Source: Escherichia coli (lineage in GTDB: Bacteria > Pseudomonadota > Gammaproteobacteria > Enterobacterales > Enterobacteriaceae). Taken from it: a stretch of DNA of 64,000 bases. The notes beneath the pieces are model-generated. The model worked only from the letters and a program-made list of their open reading frames with translations. It did no database searches and was not told the origin of the DNA. The position numbers were made by a program, and so were the translations under genes. Positions 39,080 through 49,009 of this stretch are shown here, piece after piece. Where the stretch lies: NCBI RefSeq assembly GCF_017348835.2, contig NZ_CP072315.1; one strand, given 5' to 3'. Position 1 is the first letter of the stretch; each line of letters begins with the position of its first letter.

Positions 39080-39899
39080 GGCACTGTTGCAAAGTTAGCG
39101 ATGAGGCAGCCTTTTGTCTTATTCAAAGGCCTTACATTTCAAAAACTCTGCTTACCAGGCGCATTTCGCCCAGGGGATCACCATAATAAAATGCTGAGGC
39201 CTGGCCTTTGCGTAGTGCACGCATCACCTCAATACCTTTGATGGTGGCGTAAGCCGTCTTCATGGATTTAAATCCCAGCGTGGCGTTGATTATCCGTTTC
39301 AGTTTGCCATGATCGCATTCAATCACGTTGTTCCGGTACTTAATCTGTCGGTGTTCAACGTCAGACGGGCACCGGCCTTCGCGTTTGAGCAGAGCAAGCG
39401 CGCGACCATAGGCGGGCGCTTTATCCGTGTTGATGAATCGTGGGATCTGCCACTTCTTCACGTTGTTGAGGATTTTACCCAGAAACCGGTATGCAGCTTT
39501 GCTGTTACGACGGGAGGAGAGATAAAAATCGACAGTGCGGCCCCGGCTGTCGACGGCCCGGTACAGATACGCCCAGCGGCCATTGACCTTCACGTAGGTT
39601 TCATCCATGTGCCACGGGCAAAGATCGGAAGGGTTACGCCAGTACCAGCGCAGCCGTTTTTCCATTTCAGGCGCATAACGCTGAACCCAGCGGTAAATCG
39701 TGGAGTGATCGACATTCACTCCGCGTTCAGCCAGCATCTCCTGCAGCTCACGGTAACTGATGCCGTATTTGCAGTACCAGCGTACGGCCCACAGAATGAT
39801 GTCACGCTGAAAATGCCGGCCTTTGAATGGGTTCATGTGCAGCTCCATCAGCAAAAGGGGATGATAAGTTTATCACCACCGACTATTTGCAACAGTGCC
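39080..39899 (-). mobile_element. IS26 copy 2 (820 bp)
   Basis: Both 14-bp ends present; abuts a 5'-truncated IS26 in the opposite orientation at 39900. Confidence 0.9.
39132..39836 (-). CDS. tnp26: IS26 transposase Tnp26 (Asn at position 184)
   Basis: 234 aa from [12 protein letters not shown]; contains KRIINATLG. Confidence 0.9.
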   Translation of the reverse strand: MNPFKGRHFQRDIILWAVRWYCKYGISYRELQEMLAERGVNVDHSTIYRWVQRYAPEMEKRLRWYWRNPSDLCPWHMDETYVKVNGRWAYLYRAVDSRGRTVDFYLSSRRNSKAAYRFLGKILNNVKKWQIPRFINTDKAPAYGRALALLKREGRCPSDVEHRQIKYRNNVIECDHGKLKRIINATLGFKSMKTAYATIKGIEVMRALRKGQASAFYYGDPLGEMRLVSRVFEM

Positions 39900-40207
39900 C
39901 AAACGCGAAGGCCGGTGCCCGTCTGACGTTGAACACCGACAGATTAAGTACCGGAACAACGTGATTGAATGCGATCATGGCAAACTGAAACGGATAATCG
40001 GCGCCACGCTGGGATTTAAATCCATGAAGACGGCTTACGCCACCATCAAAGGTATTGAGGTGATGCGTGCACTACGCAAAGGCCAGGCCTCAGCATTTTA
40101 TTATGGTGATCCCCTGGGCGAAATGCGCCTGGTAAGCAGAGTTTTTGAAATGTAAGGCCTTTGAATAAGACAAAAGGCTGCCTCATCGCTAACTTTGCAA
40201 CAGTGCC
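39900..40207 (+). mobile_element. Partial IS26 (3' terminal 308 bp)
   Basis: Encodes the C-terminal about 80 aa of Tnp26 with Gly at position 184 (KRIIGATLG); ends with TTTGCAACAGTGCC. Confidence 0.85.
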
Positions 40208-40416
40208 GGCTGAAGGCCGAGCAAGCCTGACAGGCCCGAAAAGCCCGGCACGGGCGTCGGCGGCGATGACGGCGGCGGCATTATCCAGGGTTGATGATGG
40301 AAGTGGAGGATATCGACAACCTCTCGCGCAACCAAGACATCGCGGTCGGACTGCAAGTGATCTTGAAGCCACGGGCCCGTCCCACCCCGACATGGACCTC
40401 GATGCCCGAACGGACG

Positions 40417-40917
40417 TTAGATTTCGAGTTCTAGGCGTTCTGCGATGAAGGTTGGATCCCAGCCGGGATTGAAAGTGTCGACGTGGGTGAATCCGAGCCG
40501 CTCGTATAGGCCACGCAGGTTCGGGTGGCAGTCGAGCCGCAGCTTGGCGCACCCCTGCGTTCGCGCGGCATGGCGGCAAGCCTCGATCAGCGCGGAGCTG
40601 ACACCCCGGCCCGCATGTGTCCGTCGCACCGCGAGCTTGTGCAGATATGCGGCCTCCCCCTTGAGGGCGTCGGGCCAGAACTCGGGATCCTCGGCCGACA
40701 AGGTGCAACAGCCGACGATGCCGTCGCTGCAACTCGCGACTAGGAGCTCGGATCTCAGGACGAAGGTCTCCGCGAATGTCCGGTCGATCCGCGCGACGTC
40801 CCAGGCGGGCGTTCCCTTGGCGGACATCCACGCCGCAGCGTCGTGCATCAGCCGCACAACCTCGTCGATATCACCCGAGCAGGCGACCCGAACGTTCGGA
40901 GGCTCCTCGCTGTCCAT
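40417..40917 (-). CDS. orf5: GNAT acetyltransferase (orf5 of the 3'-conserved segment)
   Basis: 166-aa ORF MDSEEPPNVRVACSGDIDEVVRLMHDAAAWM…. Confidence 0.85.
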   Translation of the reverse strand: MDSEEPPNVRVACSGDIDEVVRLMHDAAAWMSAKGTPAWDVARIDRTFAETFVLRSELLVASCSDGIVGCCTLSAEDPEFWPDALKGEAAYLHKLAVRRTHAGRGVSSALIEACRHAARTQGCAKLRLDCHPNLRGLYERLGFTHVDTFNPGWDPTFIAERLELEI

Positions 40918-41044
40918 TCGCTCCCCTGGCGCGGTATGAACCGCCGCCTCATAGTGCAGTTTGATCCTGACGAGCCCAGCATGTCTGCGCCCACCTTCGC
41001 GGAACCTGACCAGGGTCCGCTAGCGGGCGGCCGGAAGGTGAATG

Positions 41045-41884
41045 CTAGGCATGATCTAACCCTCGGTCTCTGGCGTCGCGACTGCGAAATTTCGCGAGGG
41101 TTTCCGAGAAGGTGATTGCGCTTCGCAGATCTCCAGGCGCGTGGGTGCGGACGTAGTCAGCGCCATTGCCGATCGCGTGAAGTTCCGCCGCAAGGCTCGC
41201 TGGACCCAGATCCTTTACAGGAAGGCCAACGGTGGCGCCCAAGAAGGATTTCCGCGACACCGAGACCAATAGCGGAAGCCCCAACGCCGACTTCAGCTTT
41301 TGAAGGTTCGACAGCACGTGCAGCGATGTTTCCGGTGCGGGGCTCAAGAAAAATCCCATCCCCGGATCGAGGATGAGCCGGTCGGCAGCGACCCCGCTCC
41401 GTCGCAAGGCGGAAACCCGCGCCTCGAAGAACCGCACAATCTCGTCGAGCGCGTCTTCGGGTCGAAGGTGACCGGTGCGGGTGGCGATGCCATCCCGCTG
41501 CGCTGAGTGCATAACCACCAGCCTGCAGTCCGCCTCAGCAATATCGGGATAGAGCGCAGGGTCAGGAAATCCTTGGATATCGTTCAGGTAGCCCACGCCG
41601 CGCTTGAGCGCATAGCGCTGGGTTTCCGGTTGGAAGCTGTCGATTGAAACACGGTGCATCTGATCGGACAGGGCGTCTAAGAGCGGCGCAATACGTCTGA
41701 TCTCATCGGCCGGCGATACAGGCCTCGCGTCCGGATGGCTGGCGGCCGGTCCGACATCCACGACGTCTGATCCGACTCGCAGCATTTCGATCGCCGCGGT
41801 GACAGCGCCGGCGGGGTCTAGCCGCCGGCTCTCATCGAAGAAGGAGTCCTCGGTGAGATTCAGAATGCCGAACACCGTCACCAT
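41045..41884 (-). CDS. sul1: Sulfonamide-resistant dihydropteroate synthase Sul1
   Basis: 279 aa from [23 protein letters not shown]. Confidence 0.95.
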   Translation of the reverse strand: MVTVFGILNLTEDSFFDESRRLDPAGAVTAAIEMLRVGSDVVDVGPAASHPDARPVSPADEIRRIAPLLDALSDQMHRVSIDSFQPETQRYALKRGVGYLNDIQGFPDPALYPDIAEADCRLVVMHSAQRDGIATRTGHLRPEDALDEIVRFFEARVSALRRSGVAADRLILDPGMGFFLSPAPETSLHVLSNLQKLKSALGLPLLVSVSRKSFLGATVGLPVKDLGPASLAAELHAIGNGADYVRTHAPGDLRSAITFSETLAKFRSRDARDRGLDHA

Positions 41885-42225
41885 GGCGTCGGCCTCCGCA
41901 GCGACTTCCACGATGGGGATCGGGCGAGCAAAAAGGCAGCAATTATGAGCCCCATACCTACAAAGCCCCACGCATCAAGCTTTTGCCCATGAAGCAACCA
42001 GGCAATGGCTGTAATTATGACGACGCCGAGTCCCGACCAGACTGCATAAGCAACACCGACAGGGATGGATTTCAGAACCAGAGAAAGAAAATAAAATGCG
42101 ATGCCATAACCGATTATGACAACGGCGGAAGGGGCAAGCTTAGTAAAGCCCTCGCTAGATTTTAATGCGGATGTTGCGATTACTTCGCCAACTATTGCGA
42201 TAACAAGAAAAAGCCAGCCTTTCAT
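41878..42225 (-). CDS. qacEdelta1: Truncated SMR efflux protein QacEdelta1
   Basis: 115 aa [27 protein letters not shown]…. Confidence 0.95.
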   Translation of the reverse strand: MKGWLFLVIAIVGEVIATSALKSSEGFTKLAPSAVVIIGYGIAFYFLSLVLKSIPVGVAYAVWSGLGVVIITAIAWLLHGQKLDAWGFVGMGLIIAAFLLARSPSWKSLRRPTPW

Positions 42226-42335
42226 GATATATCTCCCAATTTGTGTAGGGCTTATTATGCACGCTTAAAAATAATAAAAGCAGACTTGACCTGATAGTTT
42301 GGCTGTGAGCAATTATGTGCTTAGTGCATCTAACG
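42223..42335 (-). repeat. About 110-bp direct repeat, copy A (start of 3'-conserved segment upstream of qacEdelta1)
   Basis: CCCAATTTGTGTAGGGCTTATTATGCACGCTTAAAAATAATAAAAGCAGACTTGACCTGATAGTTTGGCTGTGAGCAATTATGTGCTTAGTGCATCTAACG. Confidence 0.9.
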
Positions 42336-42341
42336 CCTGAA

Positions 42342-43187
42342 TTAAGCTGCGCCGCGAAGCGGCGTCGGCTTGAATGAACTGTTAGACATCATTGGCGTGG
42401 AGCCGAGCAGACTGGCGGCTTCGTGCTTCACAAAGTAAATGAACGCAGTCAACTGATCAGCGCGTGAGGCCAAGCAATCCATCCCTTGTCCAAGGTAAGC
42501 CTGCTGGGCTTCAAGCAGCACGGGCTGATGTTGGACGGGCAGGCGTTCCATTACCCAGTTGGCAGCTACATCCTTCGGCGCGATCTTGCCGGTTGCTGCG
42601 CTGTACCAAATGCGAGACAAAGTAAGCACTACATTCCGCTCGTCGCCTGCCCAATCCGGTTGTGAGTTCCATAGTTTCAAGGTGTCGGCCAGTGCTTTGA
42701 ATAGATCGCTTTCCGGGACTGAGTTGAAGAAATCTTCCGCGGCCGAACCTGCCAAGGCAAGGCTGTGTTGCCTTGCTTTAGTTAGCAGAATAGCCAGATC
42801 AACATCGGTTGTCGCGGGCTCGAAGATGCCCGCAAGAATGTCCTTGCGCTGCCACTCCCCGAATTGCAGTTCCCGTCTGGCTGGATAACGCCAAGGAACA
42901 ACATCGCCGTACACGACGATGGTAACTTCCAAGGCACGGAGAGCTTCACTTTGGCCGGGAGAAGCGGAAACTTCCAGGAAATCTACGAACAGAGCCTGCC
43001 GCACAGTCTCATCGAGCTGTGCAGTCACAGTAACCAGCAAATCAATATCACTGCATGGCTTCAGGCCACCGTCGAGTGCAGAGCCGTACAAATGCACGGC
43101 CAGCAACGTCGATCCCAGATGATGCTCGATGACGTTGAGTGCCTGTGATAGCTGTACCGAAATCTCGGCGGGCACTGCGTTGCTCAT
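42342..43187 (-). CDS. aadA16: Aminoglycoside (3'')(9) adenylyltransferase, aadA16-type
   Basis: 281 aa from MSNAVPAEISVQ; C-terminus …MSNSSFKPTPLRGAA reads into the attC region; allele assignment is from the array context and my recollection of the gene length. Confidence 0.8.
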   Translation of the reverse strand: MSNAVPAEISVQLSQALNVIEHHLGSTLLAVHLYGSALDGGLKPCSDIDLLVTVTAQLDETVRQALFVDFLEVSASPGQSEALRALEVTIVVYGDVVPWRYPARRELQFGEWQRKDILAGIFEPATTDVDLAILLTKARQHSLALAGSAAEDFFNSVPESDLFKALADTLKLWNSQPDWAGDERNVVLTLSRIWYSAATGKIAPKDVAANWVMERLPVQHQPVLLEAQQAYLGQGMDCLASRADQLTAFIYFVKHEAASLLGSTPMMSNSSFKPTPLRGAA

Positions 43188-43299
43188 GATGTCTAACTCC
43201 CAATTTGTGTAGGGCTTATTATGCACGCTTAAAAATAATAAAAGCAGACTTGACCTGATAGTTTGGCTGTGAGCAATTATGTGCTTAGTGCATCTAACG
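43186..43299 (-). repeat. About 110-bp direct repeat, copy B (5' region of the aadA16 cassette)
   Basis: Near-identical to copy A; supplies the MSNA start of aadA16. Confidence 0.9.
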
Positions 43300-43367
43300 C
43301 CGCTAAGCAGCGGCACATTTTGCGTTTTGAGCGCAGCGAAGCAAAATGTGTCCGATGGCTTGGATGG

Positions 43368-43841
43368 TTAACCCCTTTGCCAGATTTGATAGCGATAATT
43401 TATATTTGAATGAAATTCCTGCTCGAACACCACATTGAACTCTTTGGGGATTTCCGGAAAGAAAACATTGCCCTCTGGCTCGGAATCTATTGTCGAGATA
43501 TGTAGCGTGTCGGCATGGGCGATCAGACTCTTGTAGATCTCTCCACCACCAGAAACAACAACATGGTTCGTAAGAGTCTTTAGCTCCCTCATTGCTGCTT
43601 CTATAGATGGAAACACAACCACATCATCGTTAGTAGCTACCGATCCTGAGCGGCTGACAACTGCATACTTTCTATTTGGGAGAGCCCCCATTGCCTCAAA
43701 TGTTTTACGGCCGACTAAGAGCCATTGATTGTAAGTTATTGCTTTAAAAAGCAGCTGCTCACCTTTAGCGTTCCACGGGATATCCGAGCCGCAGCCAATA
43801 ACCCCATTTCTTGCTTTTGCAGCCATTAGTGATATTTTCAC
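43368..43841 (-). CDS. dfrA27: Trimethoprim-resistant dihydrofolate reductase, dfrA27-type
   Basis: 157 aa from a GTG start (V)[22 protein letters not shown]…; 474 bp. Confidence 0.8.
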   Translation of the reverse strand: MKISLMAAKARNGVIGCGSDIPWNAKGEQLLFKAITYNQWLLVGRKTFEAMGALPNRKYAVVSRSGSVATNDDVVVFPSIEAAMRELKTLTNHVVVSGGGEIYKSLIAHADTLHISTIDSEPEGNVFFPEIPKEFNVVFEQEFHSNINYRYQIWQRG

Positions 43842-43973
43842 GATACTCCTTTGGGTTAACGCCGCCATAAACGGCGACAGGGTGGCGCGCCTATTGCGCA
43901 TAAAATGGCGAAGCCATGCGCAACAGGCGCGGAATCTCTGGCGTCCGGTTTGATGGCTTTGTTATGCAAAGGA

Positions 43974-44426
43974 CTAGTCTTCAATGACGTGTAAACCACG
44001 GCGCTTTAAGTCCTCCAACGAATCCAACATTCCCCTTATTAATTCAACAGGATGCCCCTCCCAGTCTTCAACAACGCCAACAATTCTCAAGGGTTCGCAG
44101 GTTCTATAGGACTGTGTTGGATTACCGGGAAATCTTTTGTTCGTAAGATTCGGATCGTCTTCGAACGGTCCTGTTGGCTCAACTATGTATATGTAGCCGC
44201 GACCCTCGAGGCCAGACAGTGACATAGCAAGTTCAGCTCCCCAAACTGCTGGCTCCATCAAGGCTGAAAAGTAGATGTGCTTAAGAATACGACCGTCCTC
44301 GAAATGAGAGATGAACCCTGTGGTTAGCAAGTCACCAATCGCCAAATTGGCTTTGGTTCCATGATAGAACGGTCCTTGCACCTGCTTGTAATTATCATGA
44401 GAGATGGGAATCCAATCTTTTACCAT
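43974..44426 (-). CDS. arr-3: Rifampin ADP-ribosyltransferase Arr-3
   Basis: 150 aa MVKDWIPISHDNYKQVQGPFYHGTKANL…. Confidence 0.9.
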   Translation of the reverse strand: MVKDWIPISHDNYKQVQGPFYHGTKANLAIGDLLTTGFISHFEDGRILKHIYFSALMEPAVWGAELAMSLSGLEGRGYIYIVEPTGPFEDDPNLTNKRFPGNPTQSYRTCEPLRIVGVVEDWEGHPVELIRGMLDSLEDLKRRGLHVIED

Positions 44427-44522
44427 TTTAAGACCCTTAATTGTTGGGATTTGGCTGCATAACGTTTGACATGAGGGGCGGCCAAGGGCGCCAGCCCTTG
44501 GACGTCCCCCTCGATGGAAGGG

Positions 44523-45122
44523 TTAGGCATCACTGCGTGTTCGCTCGAATGCCTGGCGTGTTTGAACCATGTACACGGCTGGACCATATGGGGTGGTTAC
44601 GGTACCTTGCCTCTCAAACCCCGCTTTCTCGTAGCATCGGATCGCTCGCAAGTTGCTCGGCGACGGGTCCGTTTGGATCTTGGTGACCTCGGGATCATTG
44701 AACAGCAACTCAACCAGAGCTCGAACCAGCTTGGTTCCCAAGCCTTTGCCCAGTTGTGATGCATTCGCCAGTAACTGGTCTATTCCGCGTACTCCTGGAT
44801 CGGTTTCTTCTTCCCACCGTCCGTCCCCGCTTCCAAGAGCAACGTACGACTGGGCATACCCAATCGGCTCTCCATTCAGCATTGCAATGTATGGAGTGAC
44901 GGACTCTTGCGCTAAAACGCTTGGCAAGTACTGTTCCTGTACGTCAGCAAGTGTCGGGCGTGCTTCTTCTCCGCCCCACCACTCGACGATATGAGATCGA
45001 TTTAGCCACTCATAGAGCATCGCAAGGTCATGCTCAGTCATGAGGCGCAGTGTGACGGAATCGTTGCTGTTGGTCACGATGCTGTACTTTGTGATGCCTA
45101 ACTTTGTTTTTGCGTTGCTCAT
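44523..45122 (-). CDS. aac(6')-Ib-cr: Aminoglycoside/fluoroquinolone acetyltransferase AAC(6')-Ib-cr
   Basis: 199 aa from MSNAKTKLG; carries both -cr signature substitutions (Trp102Arg in GDGRWEEE and Asp179Tyr in TTPYGPAVY, numbering per the usual convention). Confidence 0.9.
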   Translation of the reverse strand: MSNAKTKLGITKYSIVTNSNDSVTLRLMTEHDLAMLYEWLNRSHIVEWWGGEEARPTLADVQEQYLPSVLAQESVTPYIAMLNGEPIGYAQSYVALGSGDGRWEEETDPGVRGIDQLLANASQLGKGLGTKLVRALVELLFNDPEVTKIQTDPSPSNLRAIRCYEKAGFERQGTVTTPYGPAVYMVQTRQAFERTRSDA

Positions 45123-45233
45123 GATGTCTAACTCCCAATTTGTGTAGGGCTTATTATGCACGCTTAAAAATAATAAAAGCAGACTTGACCTGATAGTTTG
45201 GCTGTGAGCAATTATGTGCTTAGTGCATCTAAC
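45119..45233 (-). repeat. About 110-bp direct repeat, copy C (5' region of the aac(6')-Ib-cr cassette, next to attI1)
   Basis: Near-identical to copies A and B. Confidence 0.9.
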
Positions 45234-45295
45234 TTTGTTTTAGGGCGACTGCCCTGCTGCGTAACATCGTTGCTGCTCCATAACATCAAACATCG
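45230..45295 (-). other. attI1 recombination site
   Basis: 5'-conserved-segment end sequence …GATGTTATGGAGCAGCAACGATGTTACGCAGCAGGGCAGTCGCCCTAAAACAAAGTT read on the minus strand. Confidence 0.8.
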
Positions 45296-45368
45296 ACCCA
45301 CGGCGTAACGCGCTTGCTGCTTGGATGCCCGAGGCATAGACTGTACAAAAAAACAGTCATAACAAGCC

Positions 45369-46382
45369 ATGAAAACCGCCACTGCGCCGTTACCACCGCT
45401 GCGTTCGGTCAAGGTTCTGGACCAGTTGCGTGAGCGCATACGCTACTTGCATTACAGCTTACGAACCGAACAGGCTTATGTCCACTGGGTTCGTGCCTTC
45501 ATCCGTTTCCACGGTGTGCGTCACCCGGCAACCTTGGGCAGCAGCGAAGTCGAGGCATTTCTGTCCTGGCTGGCGAACGAGCGCAAGGTTTCGGTCTCCA
45601 CGCATCGTCAGGCATTGGCGGCCTTGCTGTTCTTCTACGGCAAGGTGCTGTGCACGGATCTGCCCTGGCTTCAGGAGATCGGAAGACCTCGGCCGTCGCG
45701 GCGCTTGCCGGTGGTGCTGACCCCGGATGAAGTGGTTCGCATCCTCGGTTTTCTGGAAGGCGAGCATCGTTTGTTCGCCCAGCTTCTGTATGGAACGGGC
45801 ATGCGGATCAGTGAGGGTTTGCAACTGCGGGTCAAGGATCTGGATTTCGATCACGGCACGATCATCGTGCGGGAGGGCAAGGGCTCCAAGGATCGGGCCT
45901 TGATGTTACCCGAGAGCTTGGCACCCAGCCTGCGCGAGCAGCTGTCGCGTGCACGGGCATGGTGGCTGAAGGACCAGGCCGAGGGCCGCAGCGGCGTTGC
46001 GCTTCCCGACGCCCTTGAGCGGAAGTATCCGCGCGCCGGGCATTCCTGGCCGTGGTTCTGGGTTTTTGCGCAGCACACGCATTCGACCGATCCACGGAGC
46101 GGTGTCGTGCGTCGCCATCACATGTATGACCAGACCTTTCAGCGCGCCTTCAAACGTGCCGTAGAACAAGCAGGCATCACGAAGCCCGCCACACCGCACA
46201 CCCTCCGCCACTCGTTTGCGACGGCCTTGCTCCGCAGCGGTTACGACATTCGAACCGTGCAGGATCTGCTCGGCCATTCCGACGTCTCTACGACGATGAT
46301 TTACACGCATGTGCTGAAAGTTGGCGGTGCCGGAGTGCGCTCACCGCTTGATGCGCTGCCGCCCCTCACTAGTGAGAGGTAG
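45369..46382 (+). CDS. intI1: Class 1 integron integrase IntI1
   Basis: 337 aa [40 protein letters not shown]…. Confidence 0.95.
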
Positions 46383-46559
46383 GGCAGCGCAAGTCAATCC
46401 TGGCGGATTCACTACCCCTGCGCGAAGGCCATCGGTGCCGCATCGAACGGCCGGTTGCGGAAAGTCCTCCCTGCGTCCGCTGATGGCCGGCAGCAGCCCG
46501 TCGTTGCCTGATGGATCCAACCCCTCCGCTGCTATAGTGCAGTCGGCTTCTGACGTTCA

Positions 46560-46584
46560 GTGCAGCCGTCTTCTGAAAACGACA
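46560..46584 (+). repeat. Class 1 integron 25-bp inverted repeat IRi
   Basis: GTGCAGCCGTCTTCTGAAAACGACA (reverse complement of TGTCGTTTTCAGAAGACGGCTGCAC). Confidence 0.9.
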
Positions 46585-46800
46585 AACAGCCAGAAAGGCT
46601 GTTACAGGCGATTTGATCTGCAACCTATTGGTTAAATTAATGTATCAAAAACGATGGTTTTTGTGACAGTCTTGAAAAGTCCTGACTTCTCCCGAAAAAT
46701 GACTCCCCTCATGTAACAAAACTCGTTACTGTATCAACATAACAATAACCCCATAACTAATTAGCGAGAAAAGAATGAAAATCGGCTATGCACGTAAATC

Positions 46801-47620
46801 GGCACTGTTGCAAATAGTCGGTGGTGATAAACTTATCATCCCCTTTTGCTGATGGAGCTGCACATGAACCCATTCAAAGGCCGGCATTTTCAGCGTGACA
46901 TCATTCTGTGGGCCGTACGCTGGTACTGCAAATACGGCATCAGTTACCGTGAGCTGCAGGAGATGCTGGCTGAACGCGGAGTGAATGTCGATCACTCCAC
47001 GATTTACCGCTGGGTTCAGCGTTATGCGCCTGAAATGGAAAAACGGCTGCGCTGGTACTGGCGTAACCCTTCCGATCTTTGCCCGTGGCACATGGATGAA
47101 ACCTACGTGAAGGTCAATGGCCGCTGGGCGTATCTGTACCGGGCCGTCGACAGCCGGGGCCGCACTGTCGATTTTTATCTCTCCTCCCGTCGTAACAGCA
47201 AAGCTGCATACCGGTTTCTGGGTAAAATCCTCAACAACGTGAAGAAGTGGCAGATCCCACGATTCATCAACACGGATAAAGCGCCCGCCTATGGTCGCGC
47301 GCTTGCTCTGCTCAAACGCGAAGGCCGGTGCCCGTCTGACGTTGAACACCGACAGATTAAGTACCGGAACAACGTGATTGAATGCGATCATGGCAAACTG
47401 AAACGGATAATCAACGCCACGCTGGGATTTAAATCCATGAAGACGGCTTACGCCACCATCAAAGGTATTGAGGTGATGCGTGCACTACGCAAAGGCCAGG
47501 CCTCAGCATTTTATTATGGTGATCCCCTGGGCGAAATGCGCCTGGTAAGCAGAGTTTTTGAAATGTAAGGCCTTTGAATAAGACAAAAGGCTGCCTCATC
47601 GCTAACTTTGCAACAGTGCC
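46801..47620 (+). mobile_element. IS26 copy 3 (820 bp)
   Basis: Both 14-bp ends; no target duplication. Confidence 0.95.
46864..47568 (+). CDS. tnp26: IS26 transposase Tnp26 (Asn at position 184)
   Basis: 234 aa; KRIINATLG. Confidence 0.9.
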   Translation: MNPFKGRHFQRDIILWAVRWYCKYGISYRELQEMLAERGVNVDHSTIYRWVQRYAPEMEKRLRWYWRNPSDLCPWHMDETYVKVNGRWAYLYRAVDSRGRTVDFYLSSRRNSKAAYRFLGKILNNVKKWQIPRFINTDKAPAYGRALALLKREGRCPSDVEHRQIKYRNNVIECDHGKLKRIINATLGFKSMKTAYATIKGIEVMRALRKGQASAFYYGDPLGEMRLVSRVFEM

Positions 47621-48213
47621 TTTGCACACATATGGAATCTGTAAATCATTTTGGACAAACCCGAAAAGAAATCCGTGAGTATGTAGATCTTAATAAGATT
47701 ACTGACCAGGTTAGTATCCCTGAAGATGGTGAAGTCGTTAATCTTTAATTATACATCCCCACAACTTTAATCAGGCAGTTACTCATTATGGTTTTACTGG
47801 TGACTGCCGGCCCTCTTAGCATTCGAAATTTTTTATGTCACCCGATTTAGTTCCGCGCACTTTTTGAGATTTCCGGGGTTTCAGCCATCAGCCGGAAATT
47901 ACAGAGGGCAATGGCTGAAGAAGGTTTTTCCCCGCGATAGCGCAAGTTTCCACAAAAGGGCATCGAATTTTTTGAATGCCCTTTTCTTACCCCATCCCCT
48001 CATAACTTTATGTTTTTATTAACTTCGCGTTTTCGACGCCAGCGTTGGCCAGCTGCTGCCGGCGACGTGGCCACACAACCGATTATTCAAGTTCGCTGAA
48101 TGAGTTTTTACGGGCTGTATGCAACACAAATGCTACGATAATGCCCCCGGACAATACCGGCTCCCAATAATCCGGGGTGGGTTTGTTCTGCCGGTTTAGT
48201 CCGGGGAGCAAGG

Positions 48214-48501
48214 TCACTTTGAGGGGAGATCTTCAGCAAGTAATTTTCCATGCGCGATAAGCCACCTGCGGCGTTTTGCCATCCACTGCTGAAATTCAGA
48301 GGTGCTCTCAACCTTCAGCACATCCTTCCGCTTCCAGGCCATTATGGGGCCAGCTTTTTGTGGTTGGTCGAGAAAGTCAGATATGGCTTTATCAGTCCAG
48401 TACCGCGCTTTCAATCCACTTTTACTTATCCAGTTATCGTGCCATTCAGCGCTTGCTTTAGCGCGTGAATCGGCGGCGTTGTAATAAAGCCTTACCGTCA
48501 T
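48214..48501 (-). CDS. Hypothetical protein
   Basis: 95-aa ORF downstream of the helicase fragment. Confidence 0.35.
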   Translation of the reverse strand: MTVRLYYNAADSRAKASAEWHDNWISKSGLKARYWTDKAISDFLDQPQKAGPIMAWKRKDVLKVESTSEFQQWMAKRRRWLIAHGKLLAEDLPSK

Positions 48502-48510
48502 TACTCGCTC

Positions 48511-48965
48511 CTATAATCTCAAGGCTCTGTCATCGTTATTTTTTTCATGGCCTTTATCTTTAGGCCGGGCATTACCTTTATCCTGCGTCGGCTCGGCTTT
48601 GTCTCGGCCTTTTTCGCGGGTATCATGCTGCTGCTCTTTGGCATAGCGTTTGAGTTGTTCCAGCTCAAGCGCGGCGGTTTTGAACCCTTCCCGGCTGGCC
48701 GCTTTATCCAGCTTCTTCTCATCGTCGGTGTAAATGACGGCTTCGTGTTTAGCGCGGGTGACAGCCACGTAATAAACATCTTTGGCCGTTGTGAGTGATC
48801 GGGTATCCATATTGATAAAAACCTTGTCGCAGGTCAGCCCCTGAGCACTATGAACGGTCGAAGCGTAAGCCAGCCCTAAGTACATAGGTTTGTTGGCATC
48901 AATTTTTACCAGCCGCCCTTTCTCGTTCTCCAGCAGTACCTCACCACTCTGGACGCTTTTTACCT
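48511..48965 (-). pseudogene. 3' fragment of a RecD/TraI-type helicase (relaxase-like) gene, interrupted by Tn1721
   Basis: C-terminal helicase motifs (YASTVHSAQGLTCDKVFI, YVAVTRAKHEAVIYTDD); the reading frame continues up to the inverted repeat at 48972 with no start. Confidence 0.6.
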
Positions 48966-48971
48966 TAAAAC

Positions 48972-49009
48972 GGGGGAACCGCAGAATTCGGAAAAAATCG
49001 TACGCTAAG
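48972..49009 (+). repeat. Tn1721-type 38-bp terminal inverted repeat (IRL-like)
   Basis: GGGGGAACCGCAGAATTCGGAAAAAATCGTACGCTAAG. Confidence 0.85.

Larger units (their letters stand above)
40208..46584 (-). mobile_element. Class 1 integron, truncated at the 3'-conserved-segment side by IS26
   Basis: intI1, attI1, four cassettes, qacEdelta1-sul1-orf5 and the 25-bp IRi; no tni module or IRt in the window. Confidence 0.9.

Noticed and set aside
40046-40939. Several long ORFs on both strands overlapping orf5 and sul1 (for example 40046..40831, 40445..40939, 41116..41376)
   Set aside because: GC-rich sequence gives long stop-free frames; they overlap well-established genes and have no start context.
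42223-45233. Possible CRISPR array suggested by three spaced direct repeats
   Set aside because: The repeats are about 110 bp, separated by whole resistance genes, and are integron cassette leader and 3'-conserved-segment sequence; no short repeat-spacer array or cas genes are present.
34648-48971. Shared CTTAAA immediately left of both Tn1721-type repeats as a possible target-site duplication
   Set aside because: The match is offset by 2 bp relative to the repeat ends and is in direct rather than the orientation expected for duplications of a single insertion; most likely coincidence in AT-rich flanks.
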